From positions 1 through 64,000 of IMG/VR virus record IMGVR_UViG_3300027635_000001: a DNA stretch of 64,000 nucleotides; one strand, given 5' to 3'. Position numbers and translations under genes: made by a program. Each line of letters starts with the position of its first letter. Position 1 is the stretch's first letter. The notes under the pieces are model-generated. The model was given only the letters and a program-made list of their open reading frames with translations. It searched no databases and was not told where the DNA came from. This stretch comes from a virus. Below, piece after piece: positions 49,901 to 59,494 of this stretch.

Positions 49901-51628
49901 ATCGAGCAGATGAAGGCGTTTGCGGGGCCCACTGAGAGGCCCGCTGAGCGAGTGCCCGCGACTGAGAGCGGGGAGCGCGCGCCACCATCTGCGCCTCCCG
50001 CGCCAGCAGTGCAACCGGCTGGAGGCTCAGCCTTCGCCAGCGCAGCGTCGGCGATCGGCGCGGCCGCAGGAACGCTGAGCGGGGCCGGCGGCTCATTGCA
50101 AGGCGCGGCCTCTGCGCTACAATCGGCAGCCTCCGCCCTCAGCGCCGCCGCAAACTCGAAACAGGCTCAGGCGCCAGCAACTTCAGGCGGCCCGGCCACT
50201 GCAACCGAAGAGCATGCCGATGGCGGCCTGATCAGCGGCGCCGGGTCCGGCGCCAGCGACAGCAATCTAGCCTGGGTCTCTCATGGCGAGTACATCGTCA
50301 AGGCCGACAGCGTGCAGAAGCTCGGCGTGCCGTTCCTCGACCAGCTCAACGCCGGCAAGTTCGCGCTCGGCGGCATCGTGCGCGGCTTCGCCGAGGGCGG
50401 CACGGTCGATGACGATCAGGCGAAAACAAAGGCGGCCCTGGAGGCGCTCCGTCTGAAAATGCCGCTTTTCGGGCGCGGCGTATTCGACGACCCGGACTGG
50501 GCGACGCCGCTCGGCGACAAGATACGGCTCGAGCATGCCGACAAGATCAGGCCCCCAGCCGAAGCCGGGGGAGGCGCGGACGATGCGGCGTCCCCGCCAA
50601 GCCTCCCGATGCAAAGAGCCGAGATGTGGCGAAGCCGATCTATTCGTTCTCATCCCGCCGTCGAGCCCCAATCCCCTGACCAGCCGAAAGGCGGGAACTT
50701 CGGCGAACTGTCTGACATCAAAGAGATGGCCGATGTTTCCGTCGACTATGGCTGGGGCAATAAGAAGACGTTCAAGGTTCAAAAGAGCCACGGGCCGGAG
50801 CGGGAGAGGGGGCCCGAACTTGCTGGGCAGGATGGACAGCAGGACCCAGAAGCCTTTGCATTGATGTTCGGTGACCAGCGCAAAGCCCCGCCCGCGCGGG
50901 CGCGACCTCACCAGCAGCCCCACGGCTTGGAAACCCCATTCGAGTCCGTGCCGGCGGTTCATGCGGATGAAGAAAGCCACAACCGACCGATCAGAATTCC
51001 CGGCGCGATCCCAGTCGGCTCGGGCAGTCGGTCAGCCACTCCGGACTATTCCAACTACCGATGGGACGGCGGGCGCCTGCTCAACAAGTCTGGGAACGAG
51101 TTGGACCCATCGGGAGGCGAGGAAGTCCACGCCCCGCATAGGAGCCGCTCGTCGAAATTCGGCCTTTCAGATGAAGAGGAAATCAAGAGGGATAACCTAT
51201 CCGAGTGGCGAAGGGTTCACGGCGATCCGGAATCCGAGCACAAGAAGCCTGACGAACGCTATTGGCAAGGCTTCAAATTCGGCGGCCTCATCCCGGGCTT
51301 CGCGTCCGGCGGTCTCGCGCGCGTCTCCAACGGCGAATATCGGATCGGCCCTGCTGCGGTGACGAAATACGGCGCGCGCCTGATGGAGCATCTCAACCCC
51401 GGCCGCTTCGACGACTGGGGCAACGGCATCTCGCGCGGGCTCTCCGCGAGCCTGCCGCCGGGGATCAGCACGCAGGACCATGGCGGCAGTTCGCAGCACA
51501 CGCTCGATCTCGTCACCAGCGCCGGGCAGTTCCGAATGCACGCGTCCGCCGATACGATCGAGGCGATTCGCGCGTCGGCGATCGGGCAGAAGCTGACGAG
51601 CGCGGGGCAGAAGCCGAGTTGGTATTGA
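46994..51628 (+). CDS. tail tape measure protein
   Basis: 1544 aa, in position after the chaperones. Long helical/Ala-rich regions. Two C-terminal GGLI.G..SG......NGEY.......K.G...L..LN.G(K/R)F motifs. Confidence 0.88.
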   Translation: MADVLNVSFKVDTSGLEADAAAAGKLAAAGFQQGFGSVDLKTPMAKAAEAAQKQAAAIGAALQGAAVGQHAAPAAPAAEPIAHRAPAMPTHGEESEAGGTHHEGHEPKLSGFENAVRGIGAMRLAFEGLSQFLEKGSLAGAAKTIGEIGERAAESAEKVGLIGEMGLKIGGVATAVAGMAHFLGKEAGEYSEDAQEEVLGLDATTKMSGMPTERLLGLKELFASKGAEARPLMRGLSIMNLRQQQQRAGLERELSEEPLDRADQSEKVAGAYRKREDAADSLATAEEKIIGTRAREAVTLSGAAIRDQIAKERGPMDVVAAALGLGEAQEGQRSDAALSPLNIASAQKRLEMAHLGPEREDLQFAEAKEGVRGAQVNYGTAIIQARAADIADRETHGERVGNAEKQQLRMDAADQASTAAWEHVREAGLAITAAKFHQEEVGTSAGAAQIDIGKALQELIHIQREAVLQQRADRLRVQGAGIGVRTADVTEKEREAAAGAGAGEQGPESLTPEMQRQRAARETAAALRQRAAAGGAIGTAERDAIREEHIQDLQPQTQPGQVAEALAGTYKGKFPIDLKSTEGPVIGKALTAMGQGEKYSGPEGAGTLGALQDVIKRFAEDRSMDSVIVTAAKSLFGGRNANPNDESGRSTTAFIRALTLATKEELADAWQHKMTPEETEKFGPENTAAMQKAAAADVIKRQSDEENKVLVGSEATPGATKATEAEGEFGKLVAPFIKDVLGPVSDLIGLGAQAGIWGAKHVAGAITAGNEALSGGVSQGEPVSAWDRAVPADSDKEREERAHTLGKIEALGTTALVGAGGIFAGVKGAQYLYGASGRAFRKWAGTDKGAAEAPAPEAAPEAAPPVEATPVPVEAAPIPVKVVGPTPAPIEAAPATAVAPAPTAAVAPEAATAPAATPTGPSAYESVGGPFAAVLPALSLLQAAQSGLGAAKSASLGAAEAEGPITPAQIEQMKAFAGPTERPAERVPATESGERAPPSAPPAPAVQPAGGSAFASAASAIGAAAGTLSGAGGSLQGAASALQSAASALSAAANSKQAQAPATSGGPATATEEHADGGLISGAGSGASDSNLAWVSHGEYIVKADSVQKLGVPFLDQLNAGKFALGGIVRGFAEGGTVDDDQAKTKAALEALRLKMPLFGRGVFDDPDWATPLGDKIRLEHADKIRPPAEAGGGADDAASPPSLPMQRAEMWRSRSIRSHPAVEPQSPDQPKGGNFGELSDIKEMADVSVDYGWGNKKTFKVQKSHGPERERGPELAGQDGQQDPEAFALMFGDQRKAPPARARPHQQPHGLETPFESVPAVHADEESHNRPIRIPGAIPVGSGSRSATPDYSNYRWDGGRLLNKSGNELDPSGGEEVHAPHRSRSSKFGLSDEEEIKRDNLSEWRRVHGDPESEHKKPDERYWQGFKFGGLIPGFASGGLARVSNGEYRIGPAAVTKYGARLMEHLNPGRFDDWGNGISRGLSASLPPGISTQDHGGSSQHTLDLVTSAGQFRMHASADTIEAIRASAIGQKLTSAGQKPSWY

Positions 51629-51636
51629 GGTAGGCA

Positions 51637-52125
51637 ATGCCCGCGCCCCTAACCCTCGTAAACGGCACCCTGCTAAGCCTCACGCCGCTGTCCGGCGCGA
51701 TGACGCCCGTGCTCACGCCGTACTCGGCGAGGGGCCTCACGGAAGTGCGCGAACTGATCTCTGGCCCCGGGGGAGGGAGTCAAGGGCAAACGGCATGGCT
51801 GCGCCGCGATGTGAACGGCTATCTGAGAGATACGTCTGACATCAGGTTCAGAAAATATCGCCTGACCGTGAGTTGCCGCGACGGTGAATCGCCCTGCTTG
51901 GATGACAGTTGGATCGGCACAGAAGTGTCCGTCAGCTGCGCCAGCGAACTCAGTTATCCCGTAGGCGGATCGCCCGCTCGGGCCGTGGTGTCTGGATCCG
52001 AGCGCACACAAGGAAACGTGATCTACTATCGGCCAGCACTGACCATGCTCATTGCCGCGATCCGCGATTCATCGCAGGAATACGCGGCTCTATACAGCTG
52101 GGACATGACGCTGGACGAGTTCTGA
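51637..52125 (+). CDS. distal-tail-position protein (162 aa)
   Basis: Call based on position directly after the TMP. Confidence 0.45.
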   Translation: MPAPLTLVNGTLLSLTPLSGAMTPVLTPYSARGLTEVRELISGPGGGSQGQTAWLRRDVNGYLRDTSDIRFRKYRLTVSCRDGESPCLDDSWIGTEVSVSCASELSYPVGGSPARAVVSGSERTQGNVIYYRPALTMLIAAIRDSSQEYAALYSWDMTLDEF

Positions 52126-54809
52126 TGGCTTCTTCGCTGACGTTCTATTTCGCCTGGGTCAATCAAACAGACATCGTCTTCTCGCCTGCTTTCGCACGCT
52201 TCGACGAAAACGTCTTCAGCATCGAGGTCGCCGCCGACGAAGGCCAAATCCCAAAGCTGATGATCGAAGTCATCAACCCACGCATCGGCCCGCTCGCCCC
52301 TGGGCGCCTCTACTGGGCATGGCTGAGCATGAGCGAGGACGGCGGCGCGACGCTGGTCCCGCTGTTCTTCGGCCGCATCGTGGGCATCCCACAATCGATC
52401 CTCTACAACACCGTCAAATACGTGCTGATCGCCCGCTCGCCGACGTTCATCCAACAAAAGCAGTTGGTAGCAGAAACGCTGAAGACGCTACCGAATTACG
52501 ATCCGATATTCTTCGACGTGCAGAAGCGCGACGATCCCGACGCCATCCTGGAAGGCTGGTCGTCTCTTTACGCCATCGACCGAGTCACCCTAGAGGTCAG
52601 CGCCAGCGACATCCTGGTCGGCGAAGACGGCACGCTCGTAATTGCCGCCGAAGACACTTTCTATGACCCCGACGATATGAAGCTCCTGCAAAGCCCGCTG
52701 GTCGCGGTGAGCGTACAGGCCGAAGTAACCTGGGAGCAGCAATACACCGGATACTTCTTTGTCGGGCAATGGGCCTATCCGACGATGGGCAACGAGCCAT
52801 TCGTAGGGGATTGGCCGAAGAGCGGGCAGAACATCGGCGGCGGCTACAGCGGCGCGATCTGCTGGTCCGGCATCCGCGACCCGTACATCCAGATTTTGAC
52901 CGCCAGCAACATCAACATCACGTATAACTGGAAGAACACGGCGAGGCACCACCAGCAAGGCGACGTGATGTCGATCGACGCGTCGTCTTCGTTCCCGGCG
53001 CAGCCGATGAGCCTGATCCTCACCCACAATTTCAACCAGATCGGCATAGTCGACCCGAGCACCGTCGACCCGGATGGCTATCCCGACCCGACCAATATCC
53101 CGGCGATCTCGCAGCAGACCTATTTCGGCATCCGCACCTTCGCCCTCGACTATGCGGGGCTGGAGGCGATCGGCGTGATGGGGCTGCGCTACGACGCCAA
53201 CAGAAAGCGGTCGGAGCGGCTCCAGGTCACTGTCCAGGCCGACGTGCAGCCGATTCTGGTCGACCCGCTGGTCACCGAGGACACCGAGACCATCACGCTG
53301 AAGAGCGGCGACTTGGCGCTGCCAGTGATCGATCTCTTGAACTGGTCCTCGATCTCCGGACAAGCGGTCTCCCAAGGCCAGATAATTTTCCCCGACAACC
53401 CGCTGGTCGCCGGTCAGACCTCGTCGCAAATCTGCGTCACGGCCGGCACGGCCGGAATCATCGAGCCGACCTTCAGCAATATCGCCGGGGTTACTACCGC
53501 CGACAACACCGTGGTCTGGTCCTCGCTCGGATCGACGCAGCCGACCGAGACCGCGCAGGATTGGGTCCAATTCAGCCCGGTTTCGCTCGGAACGTTGATC
53601 ATCCCAAAGCCGCTGATGGGCTGCGCCGACCGCACCGCCTATCTCGCTCCCGGCAACCTGAACAACCCGCCGATGGGAGTGCCCACGGCGAAATACGTCG
53701 TGATCGCCGAGAACATGGGCTTCCCCGGCGATACGATGCTGCAATGCACCGCGGCCGGCATTTTCGGCGGCCTGACCGCCGCGCAGGCGACTTTCCAGAC
53801 ATTCATCAACCCTAGCGGGCAATCGCTCTATATCTGCGTCCAGGCCGGGATGACCGGCGAATTTCACACCACATTCAACGAGACGCCGGGGGCGCTGACC
53901 CACGACGGTCTGTCTGGCAATCAAGTGATATGGCAGTGCATCGGCAAGGTCACGCTGCCGATCGGCGGCTGGCCCGGCTCGACGCCTGCCTCGTGTTATT
54001 TCCCGACCGATCGCGGCCAGCAATCGCTGCAGCACATGATCGCCAGGGCGCGGGCCAAGCTGCGGCGGCGCGCGCGGGCGGTGCAAGTCAGCTTCCAGTG
54101 TCGCCTCGAGGCGGTCGCCGCCAATATCTCGCTGCGAATGAACGCCTCGATCACCGACCCGCGCCTGCCAGGCGGGACCGCGTCCGGCAAGGTGATCTCG
54201 TACAAGCTGAAGCGCGACGGCGACTCAGGCATGACTTTCGCCGAAGTGACGATCGGTTGCACTATCGGCAACGCCAATCCGGTCAATCCGTCGGTCGGCG
54301 GCACACCGACTTATGTCGCTGCAGGCTATGTCACCTCGGGCTACCAAGTCGAAGCCGGGTCGACGGTCCCTGTCGGGTCGGCGTCGGGCGGCGACATCGG
54401 CTACACCCCGCCGGTCCAGCGAGTGGTCGACGACGGGCTGGTCTTTCCGCTCTACGGCACCGGCGACGTGATCCTGACCAGCCAATGGCATGGCGTGGCC
54501 TCGACCATCAATCCGGAGAACATCAGCGACTACCAGGCCCAGGTCAACGCAGCGATAGCCGAAGGCGTCGCTTCCAGCGCAAATGCATCGAGTGGCTTGG
54601 AAATCACCGGTGGAATAACCAACGAGGCGCAGTTGCAGGCTCAGATCATCCAGCGCCTCAACGCCTCCGTCTTTCAGGGGACCTTCCTCTGGTACGAACT
54701 GTGCCTGAAGAATTTACAGGGTGGCCCTTACGCGGATAGCTATGTGGTGAACACCACTCCACTGTTCATGCCGAAGACGATCGACTTGTCCGCAGCATCA
54801 TCGGGGTAG
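52125..54809 (+). CDS. large tail tip / host-specificity-position protein (894 aa)
   Basis: Internal start MASSLTFYFAWVNQTDIVFSP... with a TGATG overlap. Call based on size and position. Confidence 0.6.
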   Translation: MASSLTFYFAWVNQTDIVFSPAFARFDENVFSIEVAADEGQIPKLMIEVINPRIGPLAPGRLYWAWLSMSEDGGATLVPLFFGRIVGIPQSILYNTVKYVLIARSPTFIQQKQLVAETLKTLPNYDPIFFDVQKRDDPDAILEGWSSLYAIDRVTLEVSASDILVGEDGTLVIAAEDTFYDPDDMKLLQSPLVAVSVQAEVTWEQQYTGYFFVGQWAYPTMGNEPFVGDWPKSGQNIGGGYSGAICWSGIRDPYIQILTASNINITYNWKNTARHHQQGDVMSIDASSSFPAQPMSLILTHNFNQIGIVDPSTVDPDGYPDPTNIPAISQQTYFGIRTFALDYAGLEAIGVMGLRYDANRKRSERLQVTVQADVQPILVDPLVTEDTETITLKSGDLALPVIDLLNWSSISGQAVSQGQIIFPDNPLVAGQTSSQICVTAGTAGIIEPTFSNIAGVTTADNTVVWSSLGSTQPTETAQDWVQFSPVSLGTLIIPKPLMGCADRTAYLAPGNLNNPPMGVPTAKYVVIAENMGFPGDTMLQCTAAGIFGGLTAAQATFQTFINPSGQSLYICVQAGMTGEFHTTFNETPGALTHDGLSGNQVIWQCIGKVTLPIGGWPGSTPASCYFPTDRGQQSLQHMIARARAKLRRRARAVQVSFQCRLEAVAANISLRMNASITDPRLPGGTASGKVISYKLKRDGDSGMTFAEVTIGCTIGNANPVNPSVGGTPTYVAAGYVTSGYQVEAGSTVPVGSASGGDIGYTPPVQRVVDDGLVFPLYGTGDVILTSQWHGVASTINPENISDYQAQVNAAIAEGVASSANASSGLEITGGITNEAQLQAQIIQRLNASVFQGTFLWYELCLKNLQGGPYADSYVVNTTPLFMPKTIDLSAASSG

Positions 54810-54812
54810 CTA

Positions 54813-55049
54813 ATGTCGACTTTCGAGGACGCCGTGCGGCCCTACCAGCTGCCGCAGACCGCGAACGCGCAACTCTATCTCTCGCAATACGCGATCGTGA
54901 CCCAGCAGCCCGTCTTGCTCACGCCCGGGTTCGGCGGTTCCGGCGCCGGCGGCTTGCCGCCGATCATCACCGGCAGCGCCAGCGCTTCGCAGGTCGTCAC
55001 CAGTTATCTGCCCCAGGCATCGGTCGAGCAAACAGCCAATGAGGACTAA
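54813..55049 (+). CDS. hypothetical protein (78 aa)
   Basis: ORF in the tail module. Confidence 0.45.
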   Translation: MSTFEDAVRPYQLPQTANAQLYLSQYAIVTQQPVLLTPGFGGSGAGGLPPIITGSASASQVVTSYLPQASVEQTANED

Positions 55050-55054
55050 TTGAA

Positions 55055-56596
55055 TTGTCCCTGACCTTCCGCACATCAGGCGCCTGGGGCCCAGGCACGG
55101 GAGCCAATCTCGCCCCGGCCGACGTCGACAACAATTTCTGGCAGCTGGTGCAGATGGTCGCGGCCAAGGCGACGCAGGGCGTCGGGCTGGTCGCGTTCAA
55201 CATCGTCGGTAACGAGTTGTGGGCGACGCTGAGCGACCACACCATTCTCGGGCCGTACATCCTGCCGGTCGTCCAAATCCAGTTTGTCCCCGGCGGCTGG
55301 CAGCCCAACACGCAATATTACGTCAACCAGATTTTCAGCATCAACGGCTCGACCTACATCGTGCTGGTCAACCACGTCAGCGCCGCCAGCTTCGATCCCG
55401 GGGCCAATGACGGCCATGGCAACGACTATTACGGCCTCCTGCTCTCCAACCCGGGGAACGCGCTGCCCACCGGCGGCGCGGTCGGGATGGTGCTGGAGAA
55501 GGCGACCACAGTCGATTTCGCTGCGGCGTGGGTATGGCCGACGCTCGCCGGACTTCACGACGTGCTCCAGTCGCCGGGGCCGACAACCGGCCAACTGGTG
55601 GAATGGCAGGGCTCGTCGTTCGGCTACGTCTCGCCCAGCGCTCTCGTGGCGGCGCCGCAGAGTCTCTTGGAGCTGACCGACGTTCTGCCGTCGCCAGGGC
55701 CGACCACGGGGCAAGTCGTGACCTGGAACGGATCGGCGTTCGACTTCGAGACGCCAGCCCCCGGCGGCTCCACGACCTTCCAAGGACTGACCGACGTTCT
55801 GCCGTCGCCAGGGCCGACCACGGGGCAAGTCGTCTACTGGGACGGCAGTAACTTCACCTACGAGAGTCTCACCACCAGCCTGCTGACCGACTACGACCAG
55901 CTCACTACTCCTGTCCATCAGTGGGACGTCTTCACCTACGACCTGTCGAACACGCGATGGGAAAATCGTCAGCCGCTGGTCTATAACAGCGGCCACGCCG
56001 GCACCTTCACGCTCGGAATCTCCGACGCTCAGAACCTGATCGACATCGCCACGGGCGGCGCGATCACGATCCCGACCAATGCCACGCTCGCTTTCGCTGT
56101 CGGCAATTTCATGCTGATCAGGCAGAGCGGCTCGATATCATCGCCGTTCTCATTTGCCCCTGCTGGCGGGGTCACCCTCAACGTCGTTTCGGGCAGGATA
56201 GCGCAGCCGCGCGCCATCGGTTCGATCGTGATGCTGCAGAAGATCGGGACTGATGCCTGGGAGGTCTCTGGCGATCTCGCATTTGACAGCTCAGCGTCGG
56301 CGCTTGCCGGCACCGGCACGATCAGTCTCAACCCGCTGGCGGCAGACGTCGAAGTCTTCACCAGCACGCCCGGAGCGAGCCAGACGATCAACGCCAGCGC
56401 CTCACCCACCTATGGGCAACGGATGGTCTTGGTCGTCACCACTTCAGGGACTTCCTCCTGGACGCTGACTTTCGGCACCCATTTCAAGTCCACTGGGACG
56501 CTGGCGACCGGAACCGTATCGGGCAAGGTATTCACCATCATGTTCATCGGCGACGGGACCAACTTCAACGAGATTTCGCGCACCACGGCAATGTAA
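55055..56596 (+). CDS. tail fibre protein with 38-aa repeats
   Basis: TTG start. Repeated L(T/H)DVL(P/Q)SPGPTTGQ(V/L)V.W.GS.F units, typical of fibre shafts in alphaproteobacterial phages and GTAs as I recall. Confidence 0.68.
   Translation: MSLTFRTSGAWGPGTGANLAPADVDNNFWQLVQMVAAKATQGVGLVAFNIVGNELWATLSDHTILGPYILPVVQIQFVPGGWQPNTQYYVNQIFSINGSTYIVLVNHVSAASFDPGANDGHGNDYYGLLLSNPGNALPTGGAVGMVLEKATTVDFAAAWVWPTLAGLHDVLQSPGPTTGQLVEWQGSSFGYVSPSALVAAPQSLLELTDVLPSPGPTTGQVVTWNGSAFDFETPAPGGSTTFQGLTDVLPSPGPTTGQVVYWDGSNFTYESLTTSLLTDYDQLTTPVHQWDVFTYDLSNTRWENRQPLVYNSGHAGTFTLGISDAQNLIDIATGGAITIPTNATLAFAVGNFMLIRQSGSISSPFSFAPAGGVTLNVVSGRIAQPRAIGSIVMLQKIGTDAWEVSGDLAFDSSASALAGTGTISLNPLAADVEVFTSTPGASQTINASASPTYGQRMVLVVTTSGTSSWTLTFGTHFKSTGTLATGTVSGKVFTIMFIGDGTNFNEISRTTAM
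55673..55833 (+). repeat. two identical 47-bp direct repeats 114 bp apart inside the fibre gene
   Basis: CTGACCGACGTTCTGCCGTCGCCAGGGCCGACCACGGGGCAAGTCGT occurs at 55673-55719 and 55787-55833. A diverged third copy lies near 55556. Confidence 0.85.
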
Positions 56597-57519
56597 TGGC
56601 GGCGGCGCGCAAGGCCCACGTCTATCGGATATATCCGACCGACGACAACGACAACATCACCGATACGAACGTCTGGCTCGACGTCATGCGTATCGACCAA
56701 TGCACCTTCAACGACCAGCGCGGCGTTCCGACCGGCGCGACGCATCAGGATCGCATCTATGTCGTCCTCTGGGGCGACAACACCGTCGCGATGGGGCCTT
56801 CGCCTCCAGGGCCGTCAAGGCGCACATACGAGCCGCTGACAGTCACGGAGCCGTCACCCGGCGGCGATCCTACCGACCCGTCGCTGCAGACCATCAACAT
56901 CCCCCTCATCAAAAAGACATGGTTCACTTTCCGTGGCTCACCGCAGGGCGTGAAAAACCAGGAAGTCCAGTGGGTTTTCCGCAACAACGCCACGGGCGAC
57001 GACACCCAGCAGACCGGGCGTGAGGCAACGACCCTCCGGATCACGAATAACGATCTTAATAACGAGATCACAATGCCGGCCGTAAATGTCGGCGACCCCT
57101 CCCCCCAAGTGCCAAAATCCCAACAGATCGACTGGGCCGACTACGCCCAGGCGCTGCAGGACGGCGCGATCGACGACAGCCAATACGTCGACATATCGGT
57201 AACAGATCGTTTCCCGATCCGCTTCCCGCCGGCGCCGTTCGATATCTCGGTCGGCCAGCAGGGAATCGTCATCACCTATGTGATGGTCAACAAGCAGCGG
57301 TCACCATCTGATCCGCTTGGGATCGAGGACTTGTTTCAGTCGCCGCCGGACGACTCCGCGTCAAACGTTGGGACAAACAAGCCTGGGGGGCTCTTTCGCA
57401 CCGATCCGTTCCAGGCCATCGTGAACGTCAGCTGGGGCGGGCTGGCGGTGGAGTTCGGCGACAAGGCGCAGGACTCGCCGAACGACGGCAGCAACGCCCC
57501 GACCGGAGGGGGATCGTAA
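56596..57519 (+). CDS. hypothetical tail-associated protein (307 aa)
   Basis: ORF whose start overlaps the fibre gene stop. Confidence 0.5.
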   Translation: MAAARKAHVYRIYPTDDNDNITDTNVWLDVMRIDQCTFNDQRGVPTGATHQDRIYVVLWGDNTVAMGPSPPGPSRRTYEPLTVTEPSPGGDPTDPSLQTINIPLIKKTWFTFRGSPQGVKNQEVQWVFRNNATGDDTQQTGREATTLRITNNDLNNEITMPAVNVGDPSPQVPKSQQIDWADYAQALQDGAIDDSQYVDISVTDRFPIRFPPAPFDISVGQQGIVITYVMVNKQRSPSDPLGIEDLFQSPPDDSASNVGTNKPGGLFRTDPFQAIVNVSWGGLAVEFGDKAQDSPNDGSNAPTGGGS

Positions 57520-59171
57520 TGAGCTACCTAAACCTGCCAAACGGTCTTCCCGATTTCACCAAAGCGATCATCTCTTTTTGGTTCAGGGTGCCCTTGAAAA
57601 CCTTGCAGAAAGCTCGGGACGCCTATGCAACCTTTAATTTTCCAAATATACCATTCAGTGTAGATGGCAACCTTACTAACGGTGGTGTTCGATACACCAC
57701 GATGGCGGGGATAGTACCGCTGGTGACTTTCGGGCGGCCTCAAACCACCAATTTTTATAGCACGCCACCCGTCGCGGCAGGTTCCTACACCAACACCACA
57801 TATCGTTGGAATGGGTCGGGGCCAGGGGGTGAATTTAATCCAGGCCCGTGGGTGGTCCTCTCTTCGGTTACCTCATCGTATAGTACGCAGCCCGCTGCTT
57901 TGGCTTTGAGCGATTGGCAGCTGCCGCCGTGTTACATAGGGGTGGAGTGCATTCCAGCCGCTGATGCTAGCGGCGAAGATTTATATACCCTCAAGATTCA
58001 CCTGCAGATGGATAAATCGGACAGTTCGAACAGAGTCGGATTGGCTTACTCAGAGGCCTCCGCCACCGTTCCTGACCCGTTTACACAATACTCTGCGGAA
58101 GGCTTCTCGTCGGGCGGATTTCATGGTCCAGGCTTTGAAAAAGATGGGGCGTGGGGACATTATCTTTGGACTAACGATGAACATCTAATTATAGATGGAT
58201 ACACACCCCCCTTGACTGACCAATACTTCCCAACCTTTTGGCCCCCGCTTGCGACTAATACTTTTACCTCGAACTATGAGGACGTTTCAAACACGGACCT
58301 CGCGCCAGAGTTTTTTGAGCTCGGAGGGCAGGAATCTTCAAGGTCCACGGATACCTGGGCGCTGGCGATCACGCCGGATCATTGGCACCACGTGCTGTTC
58401 TCAATTGACCTGAGCAACGAAATCAACACACACGGGCGAACCTGGAGAGAGGCCAACGACGGAGCGCCCCCAGACCCAGCGTCGAACACAACCAGCGCGA
58501 CGCAGGCTTGGATCGCGTTGGACGGGGTGAATATCGACAAGGATGGGATGTCGGAGTTCTGGCCGAACGGTCTGACTACCGAGTCTCCTGGGTACTCGGA
58601 CCCGAACGCACTGCTTTCTGCGTATGCGTACTGGACTACTCAAACGGTGGCGAGATTCCACAGCCAAAGTGTTCTCTCCGGGAACAACAGCTATGTGATA
58701 GAGAACAACACCGGCATCGTGAAGCCGACGTTCTCCTACACTTCGGCCGGCCTTCCTTCGGCCATGGCCGCGATGGGCTTCCCGGCCACGCCAGACCAAG
58801 TGGACAACATCTACAATATCGAACTGGCTGAATTTCAGATGTTCACCGGCATCGCCCTCGACACCAGCGACCCTACGAAGCTGCGCCTTTTCATCGACGC
58901 AAACGGCAAACCGGTTCCACCCAACCAGAAGACGAACCCAGATACGGGCCAGACTTCCGGCTCTATAGAGGGATTGGGCCAGCAGCCGGACATCATGTTG
59001 CACGGCAGCAGCAATTGGAAGCAGGGGACGAACACCGGCAGGACCGGGGTTATGATAGATCCAGACACAGGCAAGACTGTAGCCAACCCCAAAGGCCAGT
59101 TCACCCCAACAGCGCTGATCACTCCGTACAAGCCAGACCCTAGCTTGCATGGCCCCCAGGGACCGACATGA
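57519..59171 (+). CDS. hypothetical distal tail protein (550 aa), possibly LamG/ConA-like
   Basis: Lower GC in the 5' half. N-terminal ...FTKAIISFWFRVP... resembles LamG-type lectin-fold starts (weak). Confidence 0.5.
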   Translation: MSYLNLPNGLPDFTKAIISFWFRVPLKTLQKARDAYATFNFPNIPFSVDGNLTNGGVRYTTMAGIVPLVTFGRPQTTNFYSTPPVAAGSYTNTTYRWNGSGPGGEFNPGPWVVLSSVTSSYSTQPAALALSDWQLPPCYIGVECIPAADASGEDLYTLKIHLQMDKSDSSNRVGLAYSEASATVPDPFTQYSAEGFSSGGFHGPGFEKDGAWGHYLWTNDEHLIIDGYTPPLTDQYFPTFWPPLATNTFTSNYEDVSNTDLAPEFFELGGQESSRSTDTWALAITPDHWHHVLFSIDLSNEINTHGRTWREANDGAPPDPASNTTSATQAWIALDGVNIDKDGMSEFWPNGLTTESPGYSDPNALLSAYAYWTTQTVARFHSQSVLSGNNSYVIENNTGIVKPTFSYTSAGLPSAMAAMGFPATPDQVDNIYNIELAEFQMFTGIALDTSDPTKLRLFIDANGKPVPPNQKTNPDTGQTSGSIEGLGQQPDIMLHGSSNWKQGTNTGRTGVMIDPDTGKTVANPKGQFTPTALITPYKPDPSLHGPQGPT

Positions 59172-59494
59172 AAGTGAGGTTCCGAACAATGCCGAGCAAC
59201 GACCTGCGCGAGTCTCTTGCCAAGCGCGACGCCTTGTTCCGCAACCCGACGCTGGATGCGGCGATGGCGCACTATGGGCCGCTGGCACCGCTGGCGATGG
59301 CTCACAAGGCCCGGCTGCAATGGCTCGATGCGACCGACCCGATGCTTGCCGAGAGCCGAGCCTGGCTGAAGGAAAACGGCTACGAGGCGACGCTGCGCGG
59401 TGGCGCGCCGTTGACGCCAGCGAGCCGCGACGTTCAGCGCATCCAGCGCGGCATGCCGCCGCTCAGCCCCGCGAGAAAGGAAGCCGACGCATGA
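59168..59494 (+). CDS. hypothetical protein (108 aa)
   Basis: ORF with an ATGA overlap upstream. Confidence 0.45.
   Translation: MKVRFRTMPSNDLRESLAKRDALFRNPTLDAAMAHYGPLAPLAMAHKARLQWLDATDPMLAESRAWLKENGYEATLRGGAPLTPASRDVQRIQRGMPPLSPARKEADA

Noticed and set aside
48005-50014. 669-aa minus-strand ORF (and 48424..49236, 47015..47785 ORFs) antisense to the tape measure gene
   Set aside because: Arg/Gly/Cys/Leu-rich nonsense composition typical of stop-free antisense frames in GC-rich DNA. Fully contained in a well-supported plus-strand gene.
52590-54086. 498-aa minus-strand ORF inside the large tail protein; likewise 55076..55996, 59828..60802, 60875..61603, 61631..62440
   Set aside because: All lie antisense within long plus-strand genes with coherent protein sequence. 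Composition is typical of GC-rich antisense frames.
55556-55833. Tail-fibre repeats as a diversity-generating retroelement template/variable pair
   Set aside because: No reverse transcriptase anywhere in the window. The copies are identical rather than differing at adenines.
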